NCBI GenBank assembly: GCA_051294905.1
Contig: CM119371.1
Span: forward strand, 40,116,001-40,180,000
DNA from: Botryllus schlosseri
Taxonomy: Eukaryota
DNA length: 64,000 bases
Direction: 5' to 3'
In this document: positions 49,916-62,622 of the stretch, in pieces
Position numbering within the stretch: the stretch's first letter is position 1
Layout of the letters: each line of letters starts with the position of its first letter
Made by a program: the position numbers and the translations under genes
Notes under the pieces: generated by a model
The model's database searches: none
Seen by the model: the letters and a program-made list of their open reading frames with translations, nothing else
What the model was told of the DNA's origin: nothing

Positions 49916-51565
49916 AAGTGGTTCTAAACCTGGGGTGATTACCCCAAAGGGGTAATTCAAATTGCCAGTAGTAGTGCGGATCATATATTGTTACGCATAC
50001 TGGTGAATTGAAAGACCACGAGGGGCGTATAAGTTCAGTTTTACACCTATAAATATTGCACACCTATAAATATTGCAGTAACAATATCGTAAAAATAAAG
50101 TTGTTAGTATTGAAAAGTGTTGTGGTCTAGTCTAGTCCGAAAAATTAGAACTAGCATCATCAAAATGCCTTTGAAGAAAAGAGGGGAAGATATTGGAACC
50201 TTTTGGGCTCGACTTCAAAATGACTAACCAATCTTCGTCACAATGGCATTGAACTTTCTGATTGCATTTCCTTCAACTTATTGTTGTGAAATAGGATTTT
50301 CTGCAATGGTATATATCAAAACAAAATAAGTTTGTGATTGACAATTACATGATATACTGTCTAGTATCTAGGGATGGTGTGAACGCGAGGTTAATGTTCG
50401 CGTTCTGTGTGTGAACCTCAAAAATTTAGAGGTTCACGTTCACAGAGAAACCTTGGTAGGTTCTGTACTGCGAACATTTTTCATATATTACAATTTTGAC
50501 TTCAGACTTCATTATAACATCTTTGGTAGAATTTTATTGCATTTTAACTAAGGGCCACTCTATGCATGACACTGTCAGCATAAAAAATCAGCACTAAACG
50601 ATCATGCACCTTGACAATCTCAAAAATTTTACTAGCTTTGTTGCAAAAGTTTGCTCGAAATACCCAGTTTTTCGTTTGTGTATGTTTCGTGACTCTCTGG
50701 TGTGAGCTTGTCCCACTATCACACAACATCAAGAGCGAAATACACTATACATGTAACTGGTCAGCAAAACATGTTGATTCAACCAATCAATGAAATTGAT
50801 ATCGCTGTCTGATGTAAATATTCTAGCAGGCGTACGCGGTCAATCGTGATTTCATATGTTCATTCTCTTCTAAAAAACAAATCCGTACGATTGGGGTATT
50901 GGCTAGGGTACTGCTTTATAACTTGTTGATGGGGTAATATCAGTAGCAAATATCGGAACCCGTTTTACACTCTGCTCAATATCAACGTAGCAATACTCGG
51001 ACGCAGAATATATTGTTCGTCTGGCCTGGACCGTTAAGGCGTAAGCTTATATTCCCTTGCAAGTTATCGTCGAAATTGTTGGCAACGCGACGGTAGATAT
51101 TGATTTTATCGGATCATTATATCACTTGATTGCCCCAGATGATACATTTGGCGATGTTTAAAACATCAATATTTATTTCAGCATTTTCGCATTTTGTGGC
51201 CCGAGTCGTCGATAGGCTATCACTTCACTGAAATGTAGGGTTGGAATTAGCAATCCAATATGATGTTACGTGATGTCATGAGGTTCACGTTCGCGTTCTC
51301 ACAGAACCTTTTAGAGGCTCACAACATCCCAACTATTATCCTCCCCTTTGCGACGATGTGACTACTGGAAAACACTAAAACAGCATCAGCCTTCCCATTA
51401 ACTTGATATTTTTAACTGGCATTTTAGTGAATATTATTACGTCACTTTGTGCTGTATTATAATTAGTCGAGTGCAAGCTGTAATTCTCATTTTTTGAAAG
51501 GGGGTAATTGCAACCCGTTATTTTCTTCTAGGGGGTAAGGTTATAAGAAAGGTAAGGAATCACTG
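49916..51565 (+). mobile_element. Buster/Charlie hAT derivative
   Basis: aagtggttctaaacct / aggtaaggaatcactg; perfect TSD CTCTAGTT; relic ALNFLIAFPSTYCCEIGFSAMVYIKTK at ~50246-50326. Confidence 0.92.
50369..51332. mobile_element. Complete copy of the TAGGGATG/GTGAAC hAT MITE nested in 49916-51565
   Basis: tagggatggtgtga / tcacaacatcccaa; TSD ctagtatc/ctattatc. Confidence 0.9.
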
Positions 51566-53169
51566 CTCTAGTTCATAGTAAAATGTAAAAACCGCCAAAA
51601 ATGTAAAGCTTTTTGTATTTAGAACTGGTGTTTAATATTGCAATACACAAATAAAAAGCCTCGATACCATTTAAAAGCATCACTAGAAAGTAACCAATGA
51701 TCATCTCTGGCTCTGTTCCAGCATGGTATTTGGTGTGGGCCACATAATATCTTATGTCAAGACGGATGGACTGTCCTAGAACCTAGAGCTGTTACTAAGC
51801 AGTCTGCATTCATCTGGTTGTCTGTAATGGACGATGCAAATTAAGCCTTTTTATTTCGTTGCAATAAATCTAAGGAAAAACAGTTCAGAAACAGCTTTCA
51901 TATCATTAAATTAGATGGATGAACTTGAATACTAAGCCGGACCACGCCCTTTCATCATAAATTGTACGTATCAAACTTGAATATCAAGAACAGGCTTGAT
52001 TCATGTAAAACTCCAATAATTTCACAAGTTAATTGATGAACGTGCTTAAGTGGATAATAATTATTTGCCAAAATGCGCTTTTGATTGCAATAGTGCAAAA
52101 TGTATTAAAATATCAATATTTAAAATTCATTTCTTTAACTGAATATTGTTCTAAAAGACAAACGCTATTTTTAATACTTGAAGGAAGTCTGATAACTGAT
52201 CATGACGAAACGTGACTTACGAAGGCGCTTTGTTCAATAATACCCATGTTTTACACATATTAACTATATCTTGATTTTCAGGTGTTTTAAAGGCAAGTGA
52301 ACGTGGTTCATAATATGGAGTGTCAAATTTTAAAAATTGAAAGTATTTGAGCCGATTTTATTCCATTTCAAACAGTCGCGGAACATTCACAGAGCCGTAA
52401 CTCTGGTCTTAAGCAAGGTGTTATAATAGCGAGTGATGATATCGCTTACTAGGTTGGCATATTCTCCTTATTTAATAAGTCGTAAAATATCTTATTGGTA
52501 TTGACGTTAATTTGGATGAGTTGAAACTCTAAATTGTGAAATTTGAAAATTGAATTGATGGATGGCACGAGCTTGATACCGCTACACTATATACATCCCC
52601 CATTCAAACGAATACAATGTAATTGTCTAATAAAGGGGACATCGACCTTTACTTCGTCATACTGAGTAGAGTGCAAACAAATGCTGTGTTTTCAAACTGG
52701 AACGCTACATTTGGTGTTCGACCACGAAACAATTAATTCGGGATTTGTTTATCTTGTAAGCAATTGACCAACGCCATTTCGTGACAGGTGCCACCATTTA
52801 CAGACTAATAGGTTCAAATTATCGTCGAATTTGACAGTTGGTATCTCAATTTCACAATAAAAAGTGGGTAAAAGAATAAGACATTATACCTATGGCTATC
52901 CTCTCGTAAATTATTTGTATGTTTCGGAGTCATTTCAGGATTGGATATAGAAGGCAAGCAAAAAAACTTACGAACTGTGCGGATCACATACGTAGTAGTG
53001 ATACGTAGTAGTAGTCGCCGCGCGGATCGGATATTTGGTAGCGTTTTACACCAAGATCTTGGCGAACCGTCATCATGTTCATTTAAAGATGAATCTGAAT
53101 CTTCGGGATACACGGTAATCTCAGCAATCAAAATGATTGAATTTTAAAACCCCATCACTAGCTGTATGC

Positions 53170-53957
53170 CAGACATGGGGTAGTCGCGATTAGTAATCGT
53201 AATCGATTACGACGATTACAGCATTTCCAAGTAATCGTAATCGCAATCGATTACATTACGATATGGGTTCGCTGCATATCTGATGTCAAGTCGCGCCGGG
53301 TGCGAAAATTAGGGGCACGCAATTTATAACTATAACATCTTCAAGCGGGCCCGTTGTTGTTATTACTTTTGTATGATGTTAATTCGTACTATATGTAGTC
53401 AAAATATATTGATGTCGCTCAGACGTAGCAGACTATAAGAAAAATAAACGAAAAAATTTCGTGAGACCCACCCAGAAATGGTGATTTCTGCACGACGCGC
53501 CTTATTTTTCTCAGTGGGTGTCCCTGGTGGCATTTGTATCGTGGGGCTCGGATTGAGAAGACAGGACTATTCATCGCGTTCATCCAGCGCGTCTATGGAC
53601 AATCGACAAATACACAACGTTTCGTCTAAGGTCTTCATTTGGTTGCATGTCTTGATGTGTCGCGGAGTAGTAGGCTATCAACCTGCCTCGAAACGCCTGT
53701 TTCTATAAATCATGCAATGAGCACTTATGATATAGACAACAAATGACATCTCGGGTAAAAAGATCTTCGCTCACGAGACTTTTTCATCGCAATCGTTATA
53801 ATTGTCTTCAAAAGATAAGTTCAAACTCGCAAAATAAATGTAATCATGAGTAATCGACTACTTGGTGATTTTACTGTATTCGTAATCGTAATCGCGGTAT
53901 TTATAAGTAATCGTAATCGCAATCGATTACATTCATGAAGTAATCACCCCATGTCTG
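53170..53957. mobile_element. hAT MITE with GTAATC iterons
   Basis: TIR CAGACATGGGGT; flanks gctgtatgc/gctgtatc; empty site in copy A at ~26749. Confidence 0.92.
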
Positions 53958-55581
53958 GCTGTATCACGGTGACGTCAAAGTCGTAATGCCGTTTTTGTAT
54001 ATAAAAGAATATTCGAGAAAGTTTGTGTAGTTCAAGAAGACGTATATTTATACCGTATCTTTGACGACTTCCATTCATTTACATGGTACATGCGACACCT
54101 GGAAATATATCACCTGTGGCTGCTCGATTGGGCTTTACAAAAATAACCTTTTTTCCGGACTCCGCGGATTTACCTACTAAATTACTAAATAGTAATATGG
54201 CCAAAAAAGATGCACAACAAATTCGGCTCAATTTCAACCAGCCGACGCCGCGTCAGAGCCAAATGAAAATGTTGAATTCATAAAGTTTTTTTTTTAAACT
54301 TGACTATTAATGCAATGTAATTGTTAAGTTGCATACAAAACGACGCAAAAGAAATTTGACGCAATTCCTGCCCGTAGAAGCGAAGGTGTTTTAGTTCTCT
54401 TCCATAATCCCGGCATTTCCCACCATCGATGCTATGTTTGGGAATCCAAAACTTTCAACTGCAGTAATATCGCTTGTACCGGTTGGAAGTTAGCAAAAAT
54501 GATTTTTAGTTATACATCTTTCTCTTTTGCAGCCAAATATTTCATGGGGTTGACAGTAAAATTTGAAGACAATTTTTTTTTTGAATAAAATTAAAACCGT
54601 AAATTGTCTCTGCCGAGGCATCGCATTCGGCTGGTTTTGTTTTGGTTTTATGCATTCATTTTTGAACAACCCTACTGTACAATGTACAATACGATCCTAG
54701 CTAATACCAAGCAGATTGTGGTTAACAATGGGCATTCGGATATACATTTGAATTTCATACGGTAAAGTGCGAATGGCAAGACTAATTTCGGCGGTAAAGT
54801 TGACGCGCACAACTCGGGGAGCCAAAGTAAATGCTACCAAACAATGTAAAGAATTTCAGTAGAAGTGAGTAAAATATGCATACGACTATGGAACAGCCGA
54901 GGATTTTGGTAAGTTAAAGTCTCTAAAATACTCAGGGTTGAGTTAAAGTGTTCGCTTACTGGTCCGTATAGTTATAAAAGTCTAATTCCGACTTCCTCTC
55001 GATAGGTATCGTACACACATATCTGTTTACCTCAAACCGCCACATTTAGGAAGGTAACTTTATTCGTGAGTCAAAAAAACTAGCGAGACTTTTTACTGCC
55101 ACAAAGTTATTACGAACCACTGGATGTTCTAGTAATTTCGAATAAATCTGTTGATTCAGTCATCAATTATGTAAAGAGTGGTACAGCATCATTTACTAGA
55201 GAGTGAAATTTATTGCTGTTTGCCAACGATCAGCGTGTACATATTATGAATGAGGAAGTGTTCTTTTCTTTGTAGTCGCATAGAAGGTACATATTTGAGC
55301 CTACCTCATCACCAATACTATTCGAGACTGACCGGTCGCGTATGATTTTGGTAAGTATATTATATCAAGATATGATATTTATTTGGTCACTAAGCTATTT
55401 AGTATTTTAGTTTCCCGCTATAACACAATGAGAAGGTGACGATTGCCTGTTCAAAAACTGCACGTAGGGACGATCGATATTGTGGTGTTAAAGGTAGTTG
55501 CACGCAGTAAAACCGAACTTTTTGTTTGAGCACCATTTAGCTAAGCCGACTCTAAGCCTAACCCGATGTTTCACCCTAACT

Positions 55582-56477
55582 CAGTGGTTCCTAACTCTTA
55601 TCACAATGTGACCCCTAAGAAGAAAATGACAGGATGCGATTACCTCTTTTCAAAAAATAACAAGTTAAAGCTGGCACTCAATTAATTGTAAAACAACACA
55701 AAGTGACGTCATAATGTACACTGAAATGCCCGTTCAAAATATCAAGTCAATGGGAAGGCTGATGCTGTTTTTGTGTTATCCAGTGGTCACATATAGGAAA
55801 GGGAATGAGGATAATAGAAATCATCGCATGCAACTGTGAATCGTAAATATAATATTGATATTTCGTTTTGATGGATACCATCGCAGAAATCCTATTTCAC
55901 AGCAATAAGTTGAAGGAAATTCAATCAAGAAGTTCAATGCCACTATGACGAAGATTTGTAAGTCATTTTGACGGTGAACCCAAAAGGTTCCAATATCGTC
56001 CCTTCGTTTCTTGGAAGGCCTTCTGATGATGTAAGACACAATTGTGTGGCCAGACTATACCACTGCACTTTTCAATACTAAAAACTATATTTTTACGATA
56101 TTGTTACTGTCTCATAAGTGTAAAGCTGAACTTTGACGCCCCTTGTTGTCTTCTAAAGCGTAAGAATATATGATCCACACTACAGCAAAATAAATTGGAC
56201 TTCTCGCACTATACTAAACTACATTTGACCCTGTTATTCATGATCACTATTGGTTCTGATTACTATGATATCACAGCAGGCATGGTGTGTTAAGTGAAAC
56301 AAAAGATATGTAGCCTACAAGCCCGCAAAATATATGTTGGCCTACATTCATATTTACGTTTGAAAATATTTCATTGCAGCGTTATAATAATTCATAGGAA
56401 ATGTCAATTTGAATTACCCCCGAAAATTGGTAAATTACCTATTTGAGGGTAATTAACCCCAGGTTAAGACACCACTG
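55582..56477 (-). mobile_element. Buster/Charlie hAT derivative, same family as 49916-51565, inverted
   Basis: cagtggttcctaac / gttaagacaccactg; ctaact on both flanks; ALNFLIEFPSTYCCEIGF; empty site in copy A at ~29735. Confidence 0.9.
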
Positions 56478-57068
56478 CTAACTAGTTGTAATTAAGATGA
56501 GTCGACTATAGACATCCTACACGGAGACTGAGCCGTCTCGGCGTTTTCAACTTGATAGCGTTTATTTAAAAGGCTCCCCATCTCCGGTTGTTCAACCTCG
56601 TCAAACTCTAGTGATCATGCACATGTACAATACCTGCCCAATTGCAGAACGCTAGTGTATGGAGTTGTAAGTGAAAATATTCTATAAGCATTACGACATG
56701 GACGTGCATTTCACGAAATACTGCTCGTATACCCTCTCTTAAACGATAATAACCACAAGGTTATTAAATGAAGGAAATCCGATAACCAACCAGTCGCTAC
56801 TCATCTTCTCATTGACTATTATGCGCCTTCACTAGACTGTAGCTGTGTTTGCTGATAAGTACTGTCACCCTGAAATCGATTAACTTAACATACGCTCGTC
56901 AAATGCGACTTAATTTCAGGTTGTAAACCCAATCGACAGTATCTCAATATGATCGTTGAGTACTTCATATGCAGACTTTTATGTCGGTAGTTCAGCAACT
57001 GGTATTTAATATCTAGTAAACATTCCCTACTATGATGAGGATATACGAGAACGACCAAGTATTGATAA

Positions 57069-58421
57069 CACTGGTCCACACATATTTTTAGGCAGACAAA
57101 GTAAGAGTGGTTTTGGGGGGTTCTGAAAGGCACTGATTCCGAATATGACCTTAGTTTTTTTCAAATTGGCTCTTATTGTGGAGATAACCCATGGGGCTAT
57201 TTTGACCAAAATCTCCCATTTTCGCGGTAATGACTTGATATAAAATCGGCTTAATCGTACTATCAAGTTTAGAAATTCAATCTACTTGTTATTTTTACAC
57301 ACAGAAGACTATTTTAAATCAAAATACAGCAACAGCACTATATTTAGGGGTAATATATTTATCATAGTTACAGACTTTCATGGATATCATGTACATAAAT
57401 AAACTCTAGTCATGTATATAAGTAGGCTATTTAACTAGATACTCAAATAACGTGGCATTAATTCAATCAGTTTTACGTCGTACAACCACCTATTGTAAAT
57501 TTGAAATAATCAGTTGGAATACAATATTATTGATATATTTTAAATCGAAATTGATTTTTGTACGATTTTCGCCTGTAAGCTATTTAGTGCAGTTTCTCGA
57601 AAGGTTCCGGGAATGGTCTGACATAATATGTTCAATGACTCGTCTCATCTTCCCTGGTATCTTTATTTTGTTGTTCTGATGTCTTGGTAGAACCTCTACC
57701 CTTGCTAATGAACAAGATGATCGGGAAATATATCAAGATGACTGTTTGTAGTTGGGTGCTTTGTGATCATCTAAAAAGTTTTATTTACTACATCTTAGGA
57801 GAAATTATATGCTGTGAACTATTCCTAATGTGAAATTGGAATCTTCCATCGGTATTCGAATATACCAGGTACCAGATTTAAGCTTCTCGTTTGATAGAGT
57901 TACCCACTTTGTTGACTCAGTGGAAAATTATCCATTTACCAGTCTAAAGAAAGAGACACATATGAGTATTGTAGTTAAGCCTTTCAAGGACAAATTTCAT
58001 AGTTTTATACTCCTCTTTAATCTTGGTAGAATGACCAATTGATACAGGAGAATATTAATTTCCGTTGTACAAAAGTAAAATTTGTAGGCTTGACAAACTG
58101 CTTTTTTGACAAACAAATATTTCGCATCATGCCATGATAATATTGATAGAATGACTAAGAATGACATGGGTGTTCTTCATGGTCAATTAGCCATTTATGC
58201 GCTGTATAAAATTAGAAAAAACTACGATTTTCGTCCTACCAAGTGAAATATTTAAGGGTAAATAAAGTAATTTTGGGCTTTTTTAGGGGTATAAATATCT
58301 TCTGACAGTGAGTCAATCTGACAAAACTAACGTGATATTTGTAATCAGCAACCTCAGAAACCCCAGAAACGGCTCTCAGATGTTCTGCCTAAAAAATTGT
58401 TTTTCATTTTGTTGACCAGTG
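57069..58421 (+). mobile_element. Chapaev3-like (CMC) non-autonomous element, complete
   Basis: TIR CACTGGTC(C/A)ACA; 3-bp TSD TAA on both sides; absent from copy A (~30652). Confidence 0.85.
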
Positions 58422-61400
58422 TAATTATTCGATATGTCTTCCCATATGATCGACCAAAAAATTTCTGTAAGAGACCTCATTCAAGGCCGATTAACATACC
58501 TCGCGTTTTCGGGAAATGATCACTAACAGCCTGGCATGGCAGGATGGCGCGTAGCTTAACATAAAAGGCAATAAAATATAAAAGTAAACGATATGTATAA
58601 AATACGGAGTGCATAGTTGTAGGGCGAAATGAACACTATATTGTAGTTCGAACGCTCGTGTGAATAAAACGGTCTTGATTTTGCGTTTGGAAGCATATAG
58701 CGAGTCACAGTCTGATAGAAAATGGAAGATTGTTCCACTGAATGCGGCGGCCGAGAAAGGAAAGGCTCTCTCGCCGTAGGTCGATATTCTGACTCTTGGA
58801 ACTGACAAGAGTTTTTGCGACTGAAAACGTAGCGCTCTTCCGGGATTATTCAAGTTTTCAAGTTCGAGTTTATTCATAAAATTTTCATCACTTCAAAACA
58901 TCACAAGACTGCAATACAGTGAATTATAGGAAGATGCCGAAACGACTGGGAGCAGTCTTAAGATCAGACACCGACCTGGGCCTAGGCGGTAGGCGATGTA
59001 AAGAGGAGGCATACACACTGAATTGAAGTAAAAGAAGCTAATATAAAGTGGCAAGTGTCGGAGGGCGAGATCAAGATATGCCAGGTCGTGGTCTGGTAAA
59101 TGGCGAGGGCTGACGAGTATTAAAGATTGTCACTAGCTCACGAAGATACGCTGGTGCACTTCCCTCCATGCATTTGAAGACGTACAGAAGAAGCTTGTAT
59201 TCAGACCTACATTTCACGGGTAACCAATGAACCAGACGCCCCGTGCCATTTGGTGGAAAAGGTGAATTGATTTCGGTCGTACAACTCAAGAACCAAAAGG
59301 ACTACTAGTTGCTGATGATTACCACTGGCATGTGCCATCCGTAAATATTTTGGATTTATTTAACTATCTTTATATACTATAAAATTGACGAATGTTTCTG
59401 TTTACTAGCGTCAAGTTGAAACGAGTCACGGGATATTGGCGTGATTCTGATAAAAAAAACCGTTGCTCCAGTCATAAATTATGCCATAAAGCGTTATTGC
59501 AGTGTTGAGATAAGAGTTAAATTTACTGCTTTGTATCTAGGATTGCCTTGTACAGTGTACAATGTACATGTACATATCATGGGCAAGGCAGTGTGCTTAA
59601 CAGAATTGAACACTGTTTGTGGATAGCAGTCGGACGAATCAGAAATTTAAAAGAAGCGGAACACCCTCGAATTAAATTGATGTGTAGCAACTGCACTCAG
59701 CAGATAATAACTTGAAATAATGTGTGACTAGAATTTTTTCCAGTTTATACTGCGCGATCCTATGATAAATACTTGAGTAAGCTCGGATTTTTCTGCTCAG
59801 CTTACTTTCCATAGACTACTGCAGACCTGCGCACAGTGCGGCCCGCGAAGCTATTCTGTGCGGCCCGCGAAAGGTTGCTTGGAATTCAAAACATAGAAGT
59901 TGCTTTTTGAATGACCTATGCAATAGGCTGTATCAACTGAACAGGAAATTCGTTTACTTTGAAGCCTATTCCTTAATATATCACGATTACACGGCCTGCG
60001 TACCTCGCATACGTAATCCAGATCCCAAATAAAGGAACGTATGAGTAACATTTGAAGTCACAAGAAATCCCTCTTTCCATATAGTTTAGTTCATGGGTTT
60101 AGTTCACCAACCTTTGGGCAACCACGGGCTACTTTTGGGTACTGATGGAGTCGACGGGCTACCATTTATACTCCCGTCGTTTACCCGTTGCCTTAATATC
60201 TGTTTTTAAATTGATAGCACTGGGCAGGAAACACATTGTGGTAAGACTTCTAAGAGATTCTTATAAATCACAACATCTCATTTCAAATAGCTTGCCACCA
60301 AGACTTTTTTAGAAATCACGAATTACTTCGCACTATGTTTATATCAATTATGCAACTGTCAGCTCAAATTTTAAAATAAATCACATCACACCTTAGACTA
60401 GACATCATGCCATCTGTTCTTATATCAGTCAGTGGGAGACCTGGTATTGCAGGCTATCAACTAGTGCGCTGTACTCGGGTATGTATAACTGGACACTGCA
60501 GCTCCTAGTGAGTGTTCCACATATCCATTAGTGAGGCGTGTTCAGTGTTTGTTTTTGATGAAGTTCATGTCCTCAAAGGCTGATTCACAACGATAATTTG
60601 AACCAAATACGCTTGCAACCTTCATAGCTGCTGCGCATTTAACCACTGTACTTTTCCGTGTCAACAAAGCCTCATAAGTTTGCTGCAGCTTTGTGGGCTT
60701 TGAGCTGGTGGTCATTTTGCGGGGTTACAAATTCAATCTCCAACTATTCACCATCCAGACATAATAGATTTCATTATGCCTGACAGCAGCGTGGATTCCA
60801 GATTTTCTCATTTTTGGCCGAAGCCGGTTTGAAGCAGGATCAGTACCTTTTCTGATACGGCCGAAGTCGGATCGGAGCCGGATCAGTACTTTTTACCAAT
60901 AATACGACGGCCTCAAACTCTTCCGCCCTCGAATGAATAGTTAAAGTGAAACCTTCATAGAAATAAACCAATGCTAAGTTTGGCAAAATAACTTCAGATA
61001 AGGGCTGGGTTTGATCTTCGAGTTTTTAATGTCCTGTTTGCATTGTTTCAATCAATATTCAATACCATCCTGTGAGTAGTTAAAAATATTATCGGAGTTT
61101 TTCGGGCCGGATCACGGTCATTTCTTGAATTCTGTCAAGGAGTAGGACCAGAGCTTTTAAAACCAGAAGCAGAGTTGGACCAGAGAATTTGTCGACCCGC
61201 TTCCCACTAATGTCTTCCTGAGATCCTAAGTGGATGTCAAATTTGAATTAAAAAGTTGTACTCGATTTATACCGCGGTATAAGTCTGAGATAGGTTCTGG
61301 TTGTGACACGATTGTTGATATTTAATGTTTTTACCATTCTCTACTAGTTGCTGACGATTACCCCAGACGAGTGTCAGCCGAAAATATTCGGGTTCATTTC

Positions 61401-61993
61401 ACTATGAATATAATATTCAATTGTATAGCAGCAGTGCAGAGCAGTGGTTCCTAACCTTGTCTCCAGCGTCCCTCAAGCGGAAACGCCCAGGGGTTTATAT
61501 GAGGGGGCTGAGATCAGGGGCACAATATGGGGGACGATAAAGAAAAATGGCTTCGCAGTAGATGGTGTAGTATTAGGGCACATCCTTAAGGAGTATTCAG
61601 TGCAGATTAACAGTCCACAAAATATGTTATATCCTGAAATTTTTGGTCGCGCTATGCGGTTAACCGCAGGTATTTTCACTATCTGATATCCGGATATTTT
61701 TCTGCCGGTTAACCGGATAAAAAAGAATCGTTGCTAATGCATTTTACACGTTTTAGTAAGCTTCAATAAGTCGTATTCAGTGTTGGCGCGGCCGATTAAC
61801 GAGAAGCGTGTTGCCAATTAGCGAGATGTGTCTGTACACATTGCACAATGTAATGTGACGCGATCTCCTGCTGAGAAGATCGTTAAATTAGGTCATTGAT
61901 TGCCGCGCGCTCGGCTATCGTCTCTGGCCTGATTTATCGCGTCTTCAACAAGCCGATAGTTCCACTGGATTGAAGAATCGCATCTGCAATAGG

Positions 61994-62472
61994 TGTTACT
62001 GTGGGCCATTTCATGTTAATCTTGGGGGGTTCAATAATTTAGGAGCCATACTTGTACTCGCTAGATGGCGTATGCTTGACGATACTTCCTGGTCTGGTCT
62101 AAGGGAATATTCTGGATATAGCTGTGATAGGGTACAGTTTGTCAATAGTAATTGGCCCACCGGACGTTCCCTCACTGTATCTACCGATCTTGTTTGGACA
62201 ATATCTTATTCGCGCTACTACTGTGTCGTATTATAATTTGGATATAAGGAAATTCGATCAATTGGAACTTCAAGCAATATACTTTTCTACCGTACTTCAA
62301 GATCGCGTATATTTGCATCGGGAAACTTATAGGACTTTGCGGCGCTGTAAGTTCAAGGGAAGACAGCTTACACAGAATCACATAGGCAGTTCAGCGACCG
62401 CAACAGTAGATACAGCTAAAGGTCCGGTCGTGGAGTAAATACACTGAACGGCCAGGAAGCGGAACAGTAACA
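61994..62472 (+). mobile_element. 5' LTR (479 bp) of a BEL/Pao retrotransposon
   Basis: Perfect 9-bp inverted termini TGTTACTGT...ACAGTAACA; begins exactly where homology to copy A stops; gag follows. Confidence 0.88.
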
Positions 62473-62622
62473 CAGGACGGCTATCGGTACATAAGGAAAG
62501 GACAATTCCATATTCTGTGGATTGGTGCCGGTAATAGGACTTGCTTCATTCATACTGATATTGGAGAAAAGGACACACTTCTGTTCAAGAAAACAGTAAG
62601 TTCATGTACTCTGGTTTTAATA

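Larger units (their letters stand above)
51985..61993 (+). repeat. Segmental duplication, copy B (interrupted at 61994 by the BEL/Pao element)
   Basis: Colinear with copy A; lacks A 30788-40114 and ~335 bp at A 30308-30642. Confidence 0.93.

Noticed and set aside
52775..52810. EGF-like motif (minus strand SVNGGTCHE)
   Set aside because: Cysteine spacing is incomplete and the motif is not preserved in paralogous copy A.
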